Source: a virus. From it: a stretch of 61,807 bases of DNA. The notes under the pieces were generated by a model. The model made no database searches. It was given only the letters and a program-made list of their open reading frames with translations, and had not been told where the DNA came from. The position numbers and the translations under genes were made by a program. Every line of letters starts with the position of its first letter. Position 1 is the stretch's first letter. The DNA is taken from IMG/VR virus record IMGVR_UViG_3300018025_000004, positions 1 to 61,807 of that record. The stretch is one strand, 5' to 3'. Below, one piece after another: positions 46,909 through 55,390 of the stretch.

Positions 46909-46917
46909 TCCGGCCTC

Positions 46918-47256
46918 CTATGTGTCAGCACGCACCCAGTGCACAAGGCGTTTGGGCGACCAACGCCAATCATCTTGGGGGATTGAGCGGCCATGGGGCA
47001 AGCAGTTTTTCGCGGCTTTGTGCCACGCAAGGGCTGCTTGTTCGGCGGCCACAGTAACTTTGACAAACGCGCCGGTCGCCAGCACGTCGTCAGGATTGCC
47101 GAGCTGCCACTGGCGGAACTCGTCAAGCAGCTCCCACCGCTTGACGATGCCCTTAGCCAACTTATCGAACTGCGCATCCTCCAAGATGGGGGATGCACGT
47201 CGATAATAGAGATAGCTCGACATGACGTAAATACGAGCGCCGAGGTCGGGTGACAT
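46918..47256 (-). CDS. Hypothetical protein, 112 aa
   Basis: Compact ORF in an operon context. Confidence 0.5.
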   Translation of the reverse strand: MSPDLGARIYVMSSYLYYRRASPILEDAQFDKLAKGIVKRWELLDEFRQWQLGNPDDVLATGAFVKVTVAAEQAALAWHKAAKNCLPHGRSIPQDDWRWSPKRLVHWVRADT

Positions 47257-47259
47257 AGA

Positions 47260-47889
47260 TCAGCCCCCAGCCTTCGGGTGACGCAGGAGGGAGTAGATCA
47301 GCTCTTGCAGCTCTTTGACGCGGTTGGCGTACTTGGCCGTGAGCTTGGTTATCTCCTCCTCGAACTCCATGCGCAGGAACTCAACATCCTCGCGCAACTT
47401 GGTGATGCGGGGGTCTTCGGCCAGCTCGCCGTATGCCGACGTGCGGATGCCGACTACCAGCGGGAGGGCGACAGATAGCTCTTTGGCAACCCGCTCATCA
47501 CTCCAGCCGGCGGCGTAGGTGCGGGTCGTCTCGTTGAAGCGCTCGTCCAGCGCCGCGTAAACCTTGCGGGCGATCTTCGGGTCCGGGGCGGTCTGGAGGG
47601 TGGGGGTGGGGATCGAGAGGGTTTTGGTCATTCGGTTTGCTTTCTGACACTCTGGGCAGATGGGGGGTTGCTTGAAGCCGACGTTCCAGCCGCGCTTGCT
47701 GAAATGGGTGGCGATCAGTTGTGGTGGTGCGTTGTTTGCTGCACCAACAACGCTCTCGGCATTACACACAGAGCAGTTAACATACCACGCTGCGCGGTCG
47801 TTACGTGTGGCGTAGGTAAAGTTGTATTTCGCGGCTTCTAAGTTGAGCCGCTGCTGGACCGACCCGCCATGGCGGGTCTTGAGGCTCAC
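47260..47889 (-). CDS. Zinc-ribbon / coiled-coil protein, 209 aa
   Basis: CSVC...CPEC motif. GTG start with GAGG upstream. Confidence 0.5.
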   Translation of the reverse strand: MSLKTRHGGSVQQRLNLEAAKYNFTYATRNDRAAWYVNCSVCNAESVVGAANNAPPQLIATHFSKRGWNVGFKQPPICPECQKANRMTKTLSIPTPTLQTAPDPKIARKVYAALDERFNETTRTYAAGWSDERVAKELSVALPLVVGIRTSAYGELAEDPRITKLREDVEFLRMEFEEEITKLTAKYANRVKELQELIYSLLRHPKAGG

Positions 47890-47975
47890 GCCGGGCCTCG
47901 TAAGCTAAGGGTGAGTGCGGCGATGGGCAGCGTGAACAACGGCATCTTGGTGGTCTGTTCAGTTTTCTTGGTCAT
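47886..47975 (-). CDS. Possible 29-aa peptide
   Basis: AGGA 8 nt upstream. The stop overlaps the next start (GTGA). Confidence 0.25.
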   Translation of the reverse strand: MTKKTEQTTKMPLFTLPIAALTLSLRGPA

Positions 47976-48080
47976 GGGGAATGTCCTGTCATTAGTGTGG
48001 GTGGGGCCGGCCACCAAGGGTGGTAAAGCCGGCCCCTAGCTGAGGTTACAGTTCAACGACTTGGGTGGTCGTCCTTGGCC

Positions 48081-48401
48081 TCAGCTATCTGTGTATCGGG
48101 CCTCAACGTGCAGATACACCGGCTGGTGGTGAGTGTATTGCAGGCGGCGGCGGATGTCGATAAATGCCGGGTCACGCGGGTCGAGGTCTCCAGCAACCTC
48201 CATGATCCTAAGCACGGCGCGCAGGTCACGGATTTCGCTGACCAACGCCTCACGATTGTTGAGGCCATCGTTGTAACTCATGGCATATCCGTGGCGTATG
48301 ATCTTGCCAACGGCCTGCACAATCTCACCGGCCTCCTCAAACAGCATCGCCAAGCGCTCTGTCTCGGCGGGTGAGAGCTGGTTAAAGTTGTCCTCGCTCA
48401 T
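48081..48401 (-). CDS. MazG-like nucleotide pyrophosphohydrolase
   Basis: LFEEAGEIVQAVGK and EIRDLRAVL helices match the all-alpha NTP-PPase pattern. Confidence 0.55.
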   Translation of the reverse strand: MSEDNFNQLSPAETERLAMLFEEAGEIVQAVGKIIRHGYAMSYNDGLNNREALVSEIRDLRAVLRIMEVAGDLDPRDPAFIDIRRRLQYTHHQPVYLHVEARYTDS

Positions 48402-48970
48402 GTGGGGGTCTCCTCATACCGTGGGCCGTGGGCGGCGCGGGTCTGGTGTTGGTATTTGCCGTCATACGGCCTATCGGTGGGCTTGTCCAGCACCGTGAAG
48501 ATCAACTGAACGATGGGGTCGCCGCGCTTGATGATGATGGGCATCGGCCCATGGTTCACCAGCTCCAGTGTCAGGTTGCCGATGAAGCCGGGGTCGATGA
48601 ACGTATTGAACGCCGAGCAAAACAGACGCGCATACGTGGACTTGTCAGCCACCTGCGCCGTGATGTGGTTCGGGATGCGCAGGTCTTCCATCGTGTACGC
48701 CAGTGCGGCGGGTGGGGGATTATACCGCAGCGCATACCGCAGGTGGACCATGTCGTCATGCTCGAAATCGTACCCGTTCAGGATATGGTCCGAGATGAGC
48801 AGCGCCGGGTTCACACCAAGTATGAGGTCGTGGTCAATGCGCAGGTCATACGATGCGCAGGACAGCCCCGCCGACGTGCCGTTAATCACCAGCTTGTCCG
48901 CACTGTAGGGACGGATCATGTCCCCAAGGTCGCAGAACTGGTGGATGGTCTGTGGTGATAGTTGCGACAT
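48398..48970 (-). CDS. dcd: dCTP deaminase family protein
   Basis: Motifs SYDLRI, DPGFIGNLTLELVN, PIVQLIF. 190 aa. Confidence 0.8.
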   Translation of the reverse strand: MSQLSPQTIHQFCDLGDMIRPYSADKLVINGTSAGLSCASYDLRIDHDLILGVNPALLISDHILNGYDFEHDDMVHLRYALRYNPPPAALAYTMEDLRIPNHITAQVADKSTYARLFCSAFNTFIDPGFIGNLTLELVNHGPMPIIIKRGDPIVQLIFTVLDKPTDRPYDGKYQHQTRAAHGPRYEETPT

Positions 48971-49001
48971 TCAACCCTCCTTCGGGCACAGGCGTTTGGT
49001 T

Positions 49002-49985
49002 TCATGCTCCGTCATCTTCGTCCCCACCGTTTGCGGTTGTGTGGATATGTTGTATCTCGTTCATGATCTGGCGGTACTGCACCCAGCCGGGGCAGAAGTT
49101 GCCGCGCCGATCCTGCCCCACCCAGCCGCGATCAATGCGGTGCACGTCGGCCCTCGCCTGATGCTCGAACGGTGAGGCATGGGTCGGCGTCGCATGGGCC
49201 AGACGGTCGAACAGCGCCGTGGCGCGCTCCATGGTCATGCCGAGGCCTTCGACCGTCCTGTACGAGGTCGAGGCGCAGCAGGCGACCGATAGCCTCAGAG
49301 CCGCCCCCAGCTCGGTGGTCAGCTCGGTGGTGTGCTGAACCCTGACGTCCGCGAACGGCAGGTGCCACTCGTTGGGGCGCAGCCGCTGCACCACAGCCTC
49401 GCCGCGCGCCTTCATGATCGCCTGCGCCAGCAGTTGCATGTGGGGCTCAGCATCGGGATGGTTCCGAAGCTGGATGAAATTGTCCCAGTCCGTCGCCGTC
49501 ACCACGACCGTAATGTGTGTGAAGGGCTCCAGCAGACGGTTCACGAGCTGCTTGTGATAGCCGGCATCGGCGAAGCCACGGGCAGCTTGCACGGCTCGAT
49601 CACGAGCGAAGAGCCAAGCATCTTCACGCGTCGCGTCTTCTCCCACCCCAGCGAAATCGACGCTTTGATCGTAGGGGGAGTTGGCCAAAGCCATTTGCAG
49701 GTCCGTGACTTCCACGGCCGCATCAAGCTCAGCAGCGGCCTGCATCCCCTTCTGGTTCCCACCCCAGTGAAGAGGGACGGCGGGGTCGTCAATGGCCGAC
49801 TGGATCAGCCGCTCGACAGGGATAGCGCGCGAGCTGGAGGCGTTGCGGGAGAAGACGCGATGCGTCATGAACTCGGCATGTATCCAGCGCGGATAGCGCA
49901 AGAGCAGGGTGTCGATGCGGTTGCGCCCAGTCGGGTCGGCAGCGAGCGAGCTGGCAAGCACGCTCTCAGCGGAAATAGTTGTCAT
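49002..49985 (-). CDS. thyX: Flavin-dependent thymidylate synthase (ThyX family)
   Basis: ThyX-type signature HRVFSRNASSSRAIP. 327 aa. Confidence 0.7.
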   Translation of the reverse strand: MTTISAESVLASSLAADPTGRNRIDTLLLRYPRWIHAEFMTHRVFSRNASSSRAIPVERLIQSAIDDPAVPLHWGGNQKGMQAAAELDAAVEVTDLQMALANSPYDQSVDFAGVGEDATREDAWLFARDRAVQAARGFADAGYHKQLVNRLLEPFTHITVVVTATDWDNFIQLRNHPDAEPHMQLLAQAIMKARGEAVVQRLRPNEWHLPFADVRVQHTTELTTELGAALRLSVACCASTSYRTVEGLGMTMERATALFDRLAHATPTHASPFEHQARADVHRIDRGWVGQDRRGNFCPGWVQYRQIMNEIQHIHTTANGGDEDDGA

Positions 49986-50000
49986 GGGGGATGGCTCCAG

Positions 50001-50038
50001 AAAGTGAAACAGGCCCGGAACGAAATGCGCCGGGCCTG
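50001..50038 (-). terminator. Intrinsic terminator (minus strand)
   Basis: Stem CAGGCCCGG / CCGGGCCTG followed on the minus strand by TTTCACTTT. Confidence 0.65.
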
Positions 50039-50062
50039 TAATAGTGCGGTCAGATCAGACGA

Positions 50063-50467
50063 TCACTCGTCGTCTTCGTCACCGGCATCCGCCGTGCCGT
50101 TCTTGGCGGCCAGAGCGGCGCGGCGCTTGGCGGCGGCGATGGCCTTGAAGGCAGCTTCGGCAGGGGTGTCGTCGGCAGCGCGCCAGACGCCGATGCCCTG
50201 CACCGCGTCTTCGGTCTCGGCGGTCACATCGTCCAGCAGCCACGAGCCGTCTTCCAGCTCGACGGCGAAGGTCAGGCGGGTGATGAAATTGCGACCGAGG
50301 GTCTTGCCGGCAGCCGACGCATGGCTCGACAGCGTGTTCTTGTCCTTGTTCGGGACGAAGAAGAAGTCGCTGACGCCCAGATCGACGTAGGGGTATTTGC
50401 GCTGAACGGTGGCGGGGTCGCGGGTGGTGGCCGGGATCGGAACGCCACGCTGGATTTTAAAGGTCAT
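50063..50467 (-). CDS. Hypothetical protein, 134 aa
   Basis: ATG 50467 behind AGGGTG. Acidic C-terminus. Confidence 0.55.
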   Translation of the reverse strand: MTFKIQRGVPIPATTRDPATVQRKYPYVDLGVSDFFFVPNKDKNTLSSHASAAGKTLGRNFITRLTFAVELEDGSWLLDDVTAETEDAVQGIGVWRAADDTPAEAAFKAIAAAKRRAALAAKNGTADAGDEDDE

Positions 50468-50563
50468 CGTATGCACCCTGTAGGGTTGGAGTTAACGCTT
50501 GCACCCTAGCACTACGGCAGAGCGTTGTAAAGCCGGGTAGCGCCCGGAAGTTAGTATGGTTGG

Positions 50564-50782
50564 TTAGGCTTGATGCTGCGCTCGCCGCAGCGTGGGGTGA
50601 GGGCTGGCAGGCTCCACAGGACCAAGGCGGCGTTCGGCTATGGACAGCGCTACACACATGGCTTGCGCATAGCCTGCCGCCCGAGCCTCCTCTTGAAGTT
50701 GTGTCACGACCGTGCAGATAGCTGACGGGTTGTTGCGGGCGCACAGTAGTAAGTCGGCTGCCCAAGACTTCGGTTCACGCAT
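50564..50782 (-). CDS. Hypothetical protein, 72 aa
   Basis: GGAGA ~9 nt upstream. Moderate third-position GC. Confidence 0.4.
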   Translation of the reverse strand: MREPKSWAADLLLCARNNPSAICTVVTQLQEEARAAGYAQAMCVALSIAERRLGPVEPASPHPTLRRAQHQA

Positions 50783-50839
50783 GGGGGTTAGTCTCCAGAC
50801 CCCCAGACCCTACCGCATGTTTTGTGCGCCTGCAACATT

Positions 50840-51154
50840 TCAGGTCTGGGGCTGGATGGAGAGTGTGACGATGTATTTGCCGTCCACGATCAGGTCCACG
50901 TCCCTATCGTCCCAGTCCGGCGGAAGCGTGTTCATGATCTCGCGGAGGGACGCACCGACAGTCGGTACGTCGATGGTGCCGGCATCCCCCACAACCCCGA
51001 GCCAGCGCGAGCGCTGCGTGCCGGTGTCGAAGCCTTGCGCCTCCATGAACTTGGTGAGGCGTGTCTCGATCCGCCGCGCCCGGTCACGGGTCTCGGTAAT
51101 CATGTGCTCCGGGGTGATGTTCTCTTCACGGGGCTTGCGAAAACGGTTGGTCAT
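50840..51154 (-). CDS. Hypothetical protein, 104 aa
   Basis: TAATG overlap with the upstream gene. Confidence 0.55.
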   Translation of the reverse strand: MTNRFRKPREENITPEHMITETRDRARRIETRLTKFMEAQGFDTGTQRSRWLGVVGDAGTIDVPTVGASLREIMNTLPPDWDDRDVDLIVDGKYIVTLSIQPQT

Positions 51155-51525
51155 TACTCTTGTCCTTTGTGTGACGTGTATAGCGCTTCACGGGCATTAC
51201 CGTAAAGCACACGGTCGATTGTGGTTTGGGCGTCCATACGCCCAAGATAGTGCCGTGTCGCGCGTGGGTGCGCTGGTGCCTCGATTGATACAATCTCACC
51301 CACATGCAGCGAGCGCAGGATGTCGTCTTGCCAAGTTGGTGCGTCGCCGAGCGGGGGGAGCACAACCCAGTCACCAAACTTGGGACAGTCATCCTCTGGC
51401 ACCAAGTATGAGACTAGAACGTCGCCGAGCGGTCTGGGTGCTAGGGTACGGAGCGCCCTTGTCTGGGATTTCCTGCGTCCGTCAGGGATACGGACAGCCA
51501 CACTCCTCAGTCCTGCCGGCATCAC
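51154..51525 (-). CDS. Hypothetical protein, 123 aa
   Basis: GTGATG start overlaps the upstream stop. Confidence 0.5.
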   Translation of the reverse strand: MMPAGLRSVAVRIPDGRRKSQTRALRTLAPRPLGDVLVSYLVPEDDCPKFGDWVVLPPLGDAPTWQDDILRSLHVGEIVSIEAPAHPRATRHYLGRMDAQTTIDRVLYGNAREALYTSHKGQE

Positions 51526-52385
51526 ACACCCCCGAACGAACGCATGAAGCCCTTCATGGTCTCCATGATGTCCGCAGCCTCGGCGACCACGCCGTCGCGC
51601 ATATCCTTATCCTTGCGCAGTTCCTTCGGTGTGCAGGAGCTGACCAGCGCGCGCAGTTCCTTGTAGATGCGCGTCATGTTGGTGTCGCCGGTCAGGTTCA
51701 GGCCGGGCAGGATTTCCACCAGCTCCTGCAAGTTGGTGATGGTGGTGTTACGGAACACCGCCGTCTCGTCGCCGAGCTTCGTAACGAAGTGGGTCAAGGT
51801 TTGGGACAGTCTGTCCCAAACGTCCGCCATCGCACGACCGAGACGTGCGTTCATCGCCGCGTCCATCGACGCCTGAATTTCAGCCACGGCGGCGTCGTCC
51901 AGCGTCACGCGGAAGTCGCTGGCCTCCGTCACCGCGTCGATGGACAGGTTGACATAGAACTTGCCGCGCAGCTCCTCCGCGTTGGGATAGTCGTTCTCAT
52001 CGAACAGCGTCCCCATACGGAACTCAGCGCGCGCGCGAGCCTCGGGGTAGGTGCGGGTCAAGAAGACTTCCACCGCGTCGGTGAACTCGCCGACCAGCAC
52101 TTCATGCTGGGTCATGAAGCTGGCGTACATCTTGCGCGTCAGCACGCGGTCGCCGTTGTCCTTCCATGGCAACGTCTTGTTGTAGAGGTGCGCGCGGATC
52201 AGCCCGTAGGTCGTGGTGACAGTCTTCAACGCTTCACGCGGGATGAGGTGCTTGTTGACACGCGCGGCGTCGTCGTTCGCGCCAGCGTTATCGGTGACCT
52301 GCTTGGAGGCCAGCTTGTCGAGGCGATAGCCCTGCCAAGCGCCCATCGAAAGGTTCACAATCATGCAGTTGGTCGAGATAGACAT
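51522..52385 (-). CDS. DUF3150-like protein
   Basis: The N-terminus MSIS.NCMIVNLSMGAWQGYRLDK.. recalls the DUF3150 proteins that accompany CobS/CobT-like pairs on plasmids and ICEs (from memory). Confidence 0.45.
   Translation of the reverse strand: MSISTNCMIVNLSMGAWQGYRLDKLASKQVTDNAGANDDAARVNKHLIPREALKTVTTTYGLIRAHLYNKTLPWKDNGDRVLTRKMYASFMTQHEVLVGEFTDAVEVFLTRTYPEARARAEFRMGTLFDENDYPNAEELRGKFYVNLSIDAVTEASDFRVTLDDAAVAEIQASMDAAMNARLGRAMADVWDRLSQTLTHFVTKLGDETAVFRNTTITNLQELVEILPGLNLTGDTNMTRIYKELRALVSSCTPKELRKDKDMRDGVVAEAADIMETMKGFMRSFGGV
51800..51820. promoter_or_regulatory. Intragenic operator palindrome TTTGGGACAGTCTGTCCCAAA
   Basis: Perfect 21-bp dyad inside the DUF3150-like CDS (codons V-W-D-R-L-S-Q-T). 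Confidence 0.6.
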
Positions 52386-52394
52386 GGTACACTC

Positions 52395-52763
52395 CTACTG
52401 GTTACGTGGTTTGTTGCGGTTCTTGAAGCGACGCATCTTGAGCTTTTGTTCCCACGCGTCACGGTCGTAGATTGTGGATGGTTTGCCATAGAGCATGTCA
52501 AGCGTTTGACGCCTGCTATCTGACATATCAACGCTCAACTTGTCAAGCATGTCCTGCAACGTATTGAACGTCGCCTCAGCCGGAGGTTGGGAACGCCCAA
52601 CCTCAAGCAGCAGCTTCATAAGGGCGCACTCGAACGTCTTAACGCCGAGCAGCATACGCATGAGTGGGTTGATGCGGCGCTTGGCCGCATCCCTCTCCTC
52701 CTCGCTAAGCGTTTGACCTATACATGCTCCTCCGTCTCCTGATCTGTATCCACTGTGTATCAC
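52395..52763 (-). CDS. Hypothetical protein, up to 122 aa
   Basis: The only upstream start is GTG 52763, which gives a 59-nt overlap with the preceding gene. The start is uncertain. Confidence 0.45.
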   Translation of the reverse strand: MIHSGYRSGDGGACIGQTLSEEERDAAKRRINPLMRMLLGVKTFECALMKLLLEVGRSQPPAEATFNTLQDMLDKLSVDMSDSRRQTLDMLYGKPSTIYDRDAWEQKLKMRRFKNRNKPRNQ

Positions 52764-53562
52764 TGTTGATGTACGGAAGCTCCGTCGAAGTAACTACGTT
52801 CTCCAGTGTGTAGATCGCCAGCCGCGCATTGCGGAGCAGCTCGTTCAAGGCCCACTCCTGTTTTGACATGGGTGTGACCTGTACCCACCCGGTCACACCC
52901 ATGGGTAGGAGGTGTCGTAGCTCATACTCAGAGATTGGCGCGTACCACTTTTTGGTCTCATCCTCATCCTCCTCCTCCTGCATCGCGGCCTTAGCGCGGA
53001 TGAAGCTTGCGAACCCGACGTAGTCGTACTTGACCAACGCGACACGAGCCATCGCAGCGTCCACGCGCGGAGAATAGATCGGTGTAGTGTCATTTGGGTC
53101 CACCACCCACACGCCGTCACTCACCATCGTTAGGGTGCATCTGGTCCCGCGCAGCATGTGCCCCTGCATCAGCGTCGGTTCCCACAACCACCCCCCCATG
53201 CCGTAGCCATACTTCTCGGTGCGAGTCCAGACGACGTAGTCGTAGTCTCTGCACGAGAACCTCACACCCGTGGGTGAGAGCTGAGCTTGGAACGACCGGC
53301 TGGAGTTGCTGGGGTACAAGTCCAGTGTGAGCCTGCCGTCTTTATGGTACGTCACCATGTCAGTGCTGTAAAGGCGGTAGATGATCTCACCATCCGCCCC
53401 CTGCCGCACTGACATGTGCTTCTTGCGCCGCCCACTCAGAGACGACGTGAGCGGGCGAAAGCCGTCGTCCCAAGTCTTGAGGACCGGCATAGCGTTGTAG
53501 TGCTCCAACGCGGCACTGTAGTCTTCAACAGACCTACACTCAATCTTGCATCCGAATGACAT
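52705..53562 (-). CDS. Hypothetical protein, 285 aa
   Basis: GGAG 6 nt before the ATG. No family recognised. Confidence 0.6.
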   Translation of the reverse strand: MSFGCKIECRSVEDYSAALEHYNAMPVLKTWDDGFRPLTSSLSGRRKKHMSVRQGADGEIIYRLYSTDMVTYHKDGRLTLDLYPSNSSRSFQAQLSPTGVRFSCRDYDYVVWTRTEKYGYGMGGWLWEPTLMQGHMLRGTRCTLTMVSDGVWVVDPNDTTPIYSPRVDAAMARVALVKYDYVGFASFIRAKAAMQEEEDEDETKKWYAPISEYELRHLLPMGVTGWVQVTPMSKQEWALNELLRNARLAIYTLENVVTSTELPYINSDTQWIQIRRRRSMYRSNA

Positions 53563-53917
53563 GTCTCACTCCTGTTAATGTGCGCAGCTCAAAGCTGCAT
53601 TGCATGATGGTCGCAGCTACGGCAACATCGAAGTCGTCGTAGGTCTTGAGCGTATGTTCGTCCAGTGTCCAGCGTACATGCGGCGGCAGGTGATTTCTGC
53701 TACCGAACTGTAACGTCACTGCACGGTTGAAGTCCACAACATACACCGGGCTGGGGTCTTTCCCCAACCTCACGGGTATGAAGAGGCCGTATCGCCCATC
53801 CGGCGGAACCGTACTCGCCCAGTACGCGAACGTCGAGGAGCTATACGGCTCCACATGAATAAACTCGCCATACACGGTGACGAAGCCAAAGGGCCAGATG
53901 CGATCTGTCTCGTCCAT
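53540..53917 (-). CDS. Hypothetical protein, 125 aa
   Basis: Compact ORF with a 23-nt overlap with the next gene. Confidence 0.55.
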   Translation of the reverse strand: MDETDRIWPFGFVTVYGEFIHVEPYSSSTFAYWASTVPPDGRYGLFIPVRLGKDPSPVYVVDFNRAVTLQFGSRNHLPPHVRWTLDEHTLKTYDDFDVAVAATIMQCSFELRTLTGVRHVIRMQD

Positions 53918-53924
53918 ACCAACC

Positions 53925-55046
53925 TCACACAGTTACATGGATCGTGCGCCCAACGGGTGCCACCACCTCCGTCGTACACAGGACGATGAGGGGGTATGGT
54001 GGCTCCTCCTCCGGCCAAGGCGTATATCCATCGGTGATGAGCACGCACACGATGGGGTTGAACTGCTCAGAGTGCTTGAGCGGCAGGCGCATGTCAGTCC
54101 CGCCCCCGCCCTTGGGGTGCAGCTCCAGATTGTCGCCGGCTTCAAACACCTCCTCCAACGCACACTCCACAGCATCGGCCCAGATGATGCGGATGCGTTC
54201 GGGCTTCAACACGTCGATGATGTAGCCCAGCTCGGCAGCGACACGCGCGAACGTGTCGCCACCAATCGAGCCGGACGTGTCGCCGATCACATGCAGCTCG
54301 CCCATGCACTCACTATGTCGTGAGGGCAGGATGGTCTTGAACCGCCGATTGCGGCGGGACCAGCTTTCGTTGTCCTGCGAAATCTCCAGCATGTATTCCC
54401 GCAGCACCTCCTCCCACGCGATCTGCGGCTGGAGGATGCCGTTGACCATGCGTTCCAGATCGGCAGAGAACTGGCCAGCAAGCCGGGCCTGCGTGGCGGC
54501 CACGGCCACACGGCCATTGATGGTGCGCTCAATTTCAGCCCGCTCAGCGTCCGTCGCAGGCTGGGGAATGAGGTCTCGACCGAGGCCGTCCTCGTTGTTT
54601 TTGTGCTGTCCGGGGTTTTCGGCCTCCTCCTGCCTCAAGATGTCGTAGATGACCTCAGCAGTCATCCCTGCGAAGCGGGGGTCAATGAGGCACCGATCCC
54701 ATAGTTTGATGCCGGCCTTACGGAGCTGCCAGTTGATCGCGTAGTCGCCGGCTTTGTTCCACAGTTCATGGTCTCGCGAGCCCTGCCGCAGGCCGTGCTT
54801 GAGGATGATATGGAACAGCTCATGCAGCAGGACGAAGATCACTACGTCGGTGCTCAGCTCGTTGATGAACTCCGGGTTGATGTATATCTTCTTCATGTCC
54901 GTCGCGGCACGCGGTACAGTCTGCGTCATCTCAAGAGGCGTCGAGAGGATGAGGTTCGCGAAGAACGCATTACGGAATATGATCTTGGATCGTGCGAGCT
55001 GCACCGCTGTCAGTGTGACACGCTCGACTTGCTTGGCAACAGCCAT
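53925..55046 (-). CDS. Zincin (HExxH) plus VWA-domain protein (DUF2201/CobT-like)
   Basis: LLHELFHII metallopeptidase-like motif. MIDAS DxSxS motif in VIGDTSGSIG. SD AGGAG. Confidence 0.7.
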   Translation of the reverse strand: MAVAKQVERVTLTAVQLARSKIIFRNAFFANLILSTPLEMTQTVPRAATDMKKIYINPEFINELSTDVVIFVLLHELFHIILKHGLRQGSRDHELWNKAGDYAINWQLRKAGIKLWDRCLIDPRFAGMTAEVIYDILRQEEAENPGQHKNNEDGLGRDLIPQPATDAERAEIERTINGRVAVAATQARLAGQFSADLERMVNGILQPQIAWEEVLREYMLEISQDNESWSRRNRRFKTILPSRHSECMGELHVIGDTSGSIGGDTFARVAAELGYIIDVLKPERIRIIWADAVECALEEVFEAGDNLELHPKGGGGTDMRLPLKHSEQFNPIVCVLITDGYTPWPEEEPPYPLIVLCTTEVVAPVGRTIHVTV

Positions 55047-55070
55047 GTGGGTTACTCCTGTTGGTTAGTG

Positions 55071-55146
55071 TTTGGGACCACGTATGACCGGCTGCGCCGG
55101 TCATTCTGGTTTGGGACAGTATGTCCCAAACAATCATGTCCCAAAC
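55071..55146. promoter_or_regulatory. 75-bp composite operator element, copy a
   Basis: Order of parts: TTTGGGACC; palindrome ATGACCGGCTGCGCCGGTCAT (55084-55104); TTTGGGACAGTATGTCCCAAA (55110-55130); half-site TGTCCCAAA (55137-55145). Confidence 0.75.
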
Positions 55147-55166
55147 CATTAGTGGTTAGGCGTACA

Positions 55167-55388
55167 TCAAGCCTTGAAGACGCCGTCCCAAGCGAGGGCA
55201 AATGCCCGCGCCTCGAACTCTTGGTCGTGCGGAAACCTGTAGGTGCACCGCATTACACGCACGTCATCCACGGACGTTAGTGGCACCCCATACTTGTCAC
55301 ACCACACAAGAACGTACCATTTCCCGTCGCCCGGACGACGGCGCGAGTTCGGTTTAAGGTATTCAGGCAGACCACGGGGGCTGGGCAT
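55167..55388 (-). CDS. Hypothetical protein, 73 aa
   Basis: Excellent SD AGGAGG 6 nt upstream of ATG 55388. Confidence 0.6.
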   Translation of the reverse strand: MPSPRGLPEYLKPNSRRRPGDGKWYVLVWCDKYGVPLTSVDDVRVMRCTYRFPHDQEFEARAFALAWDGVFKA

Positions 55389-55390
55389 TG

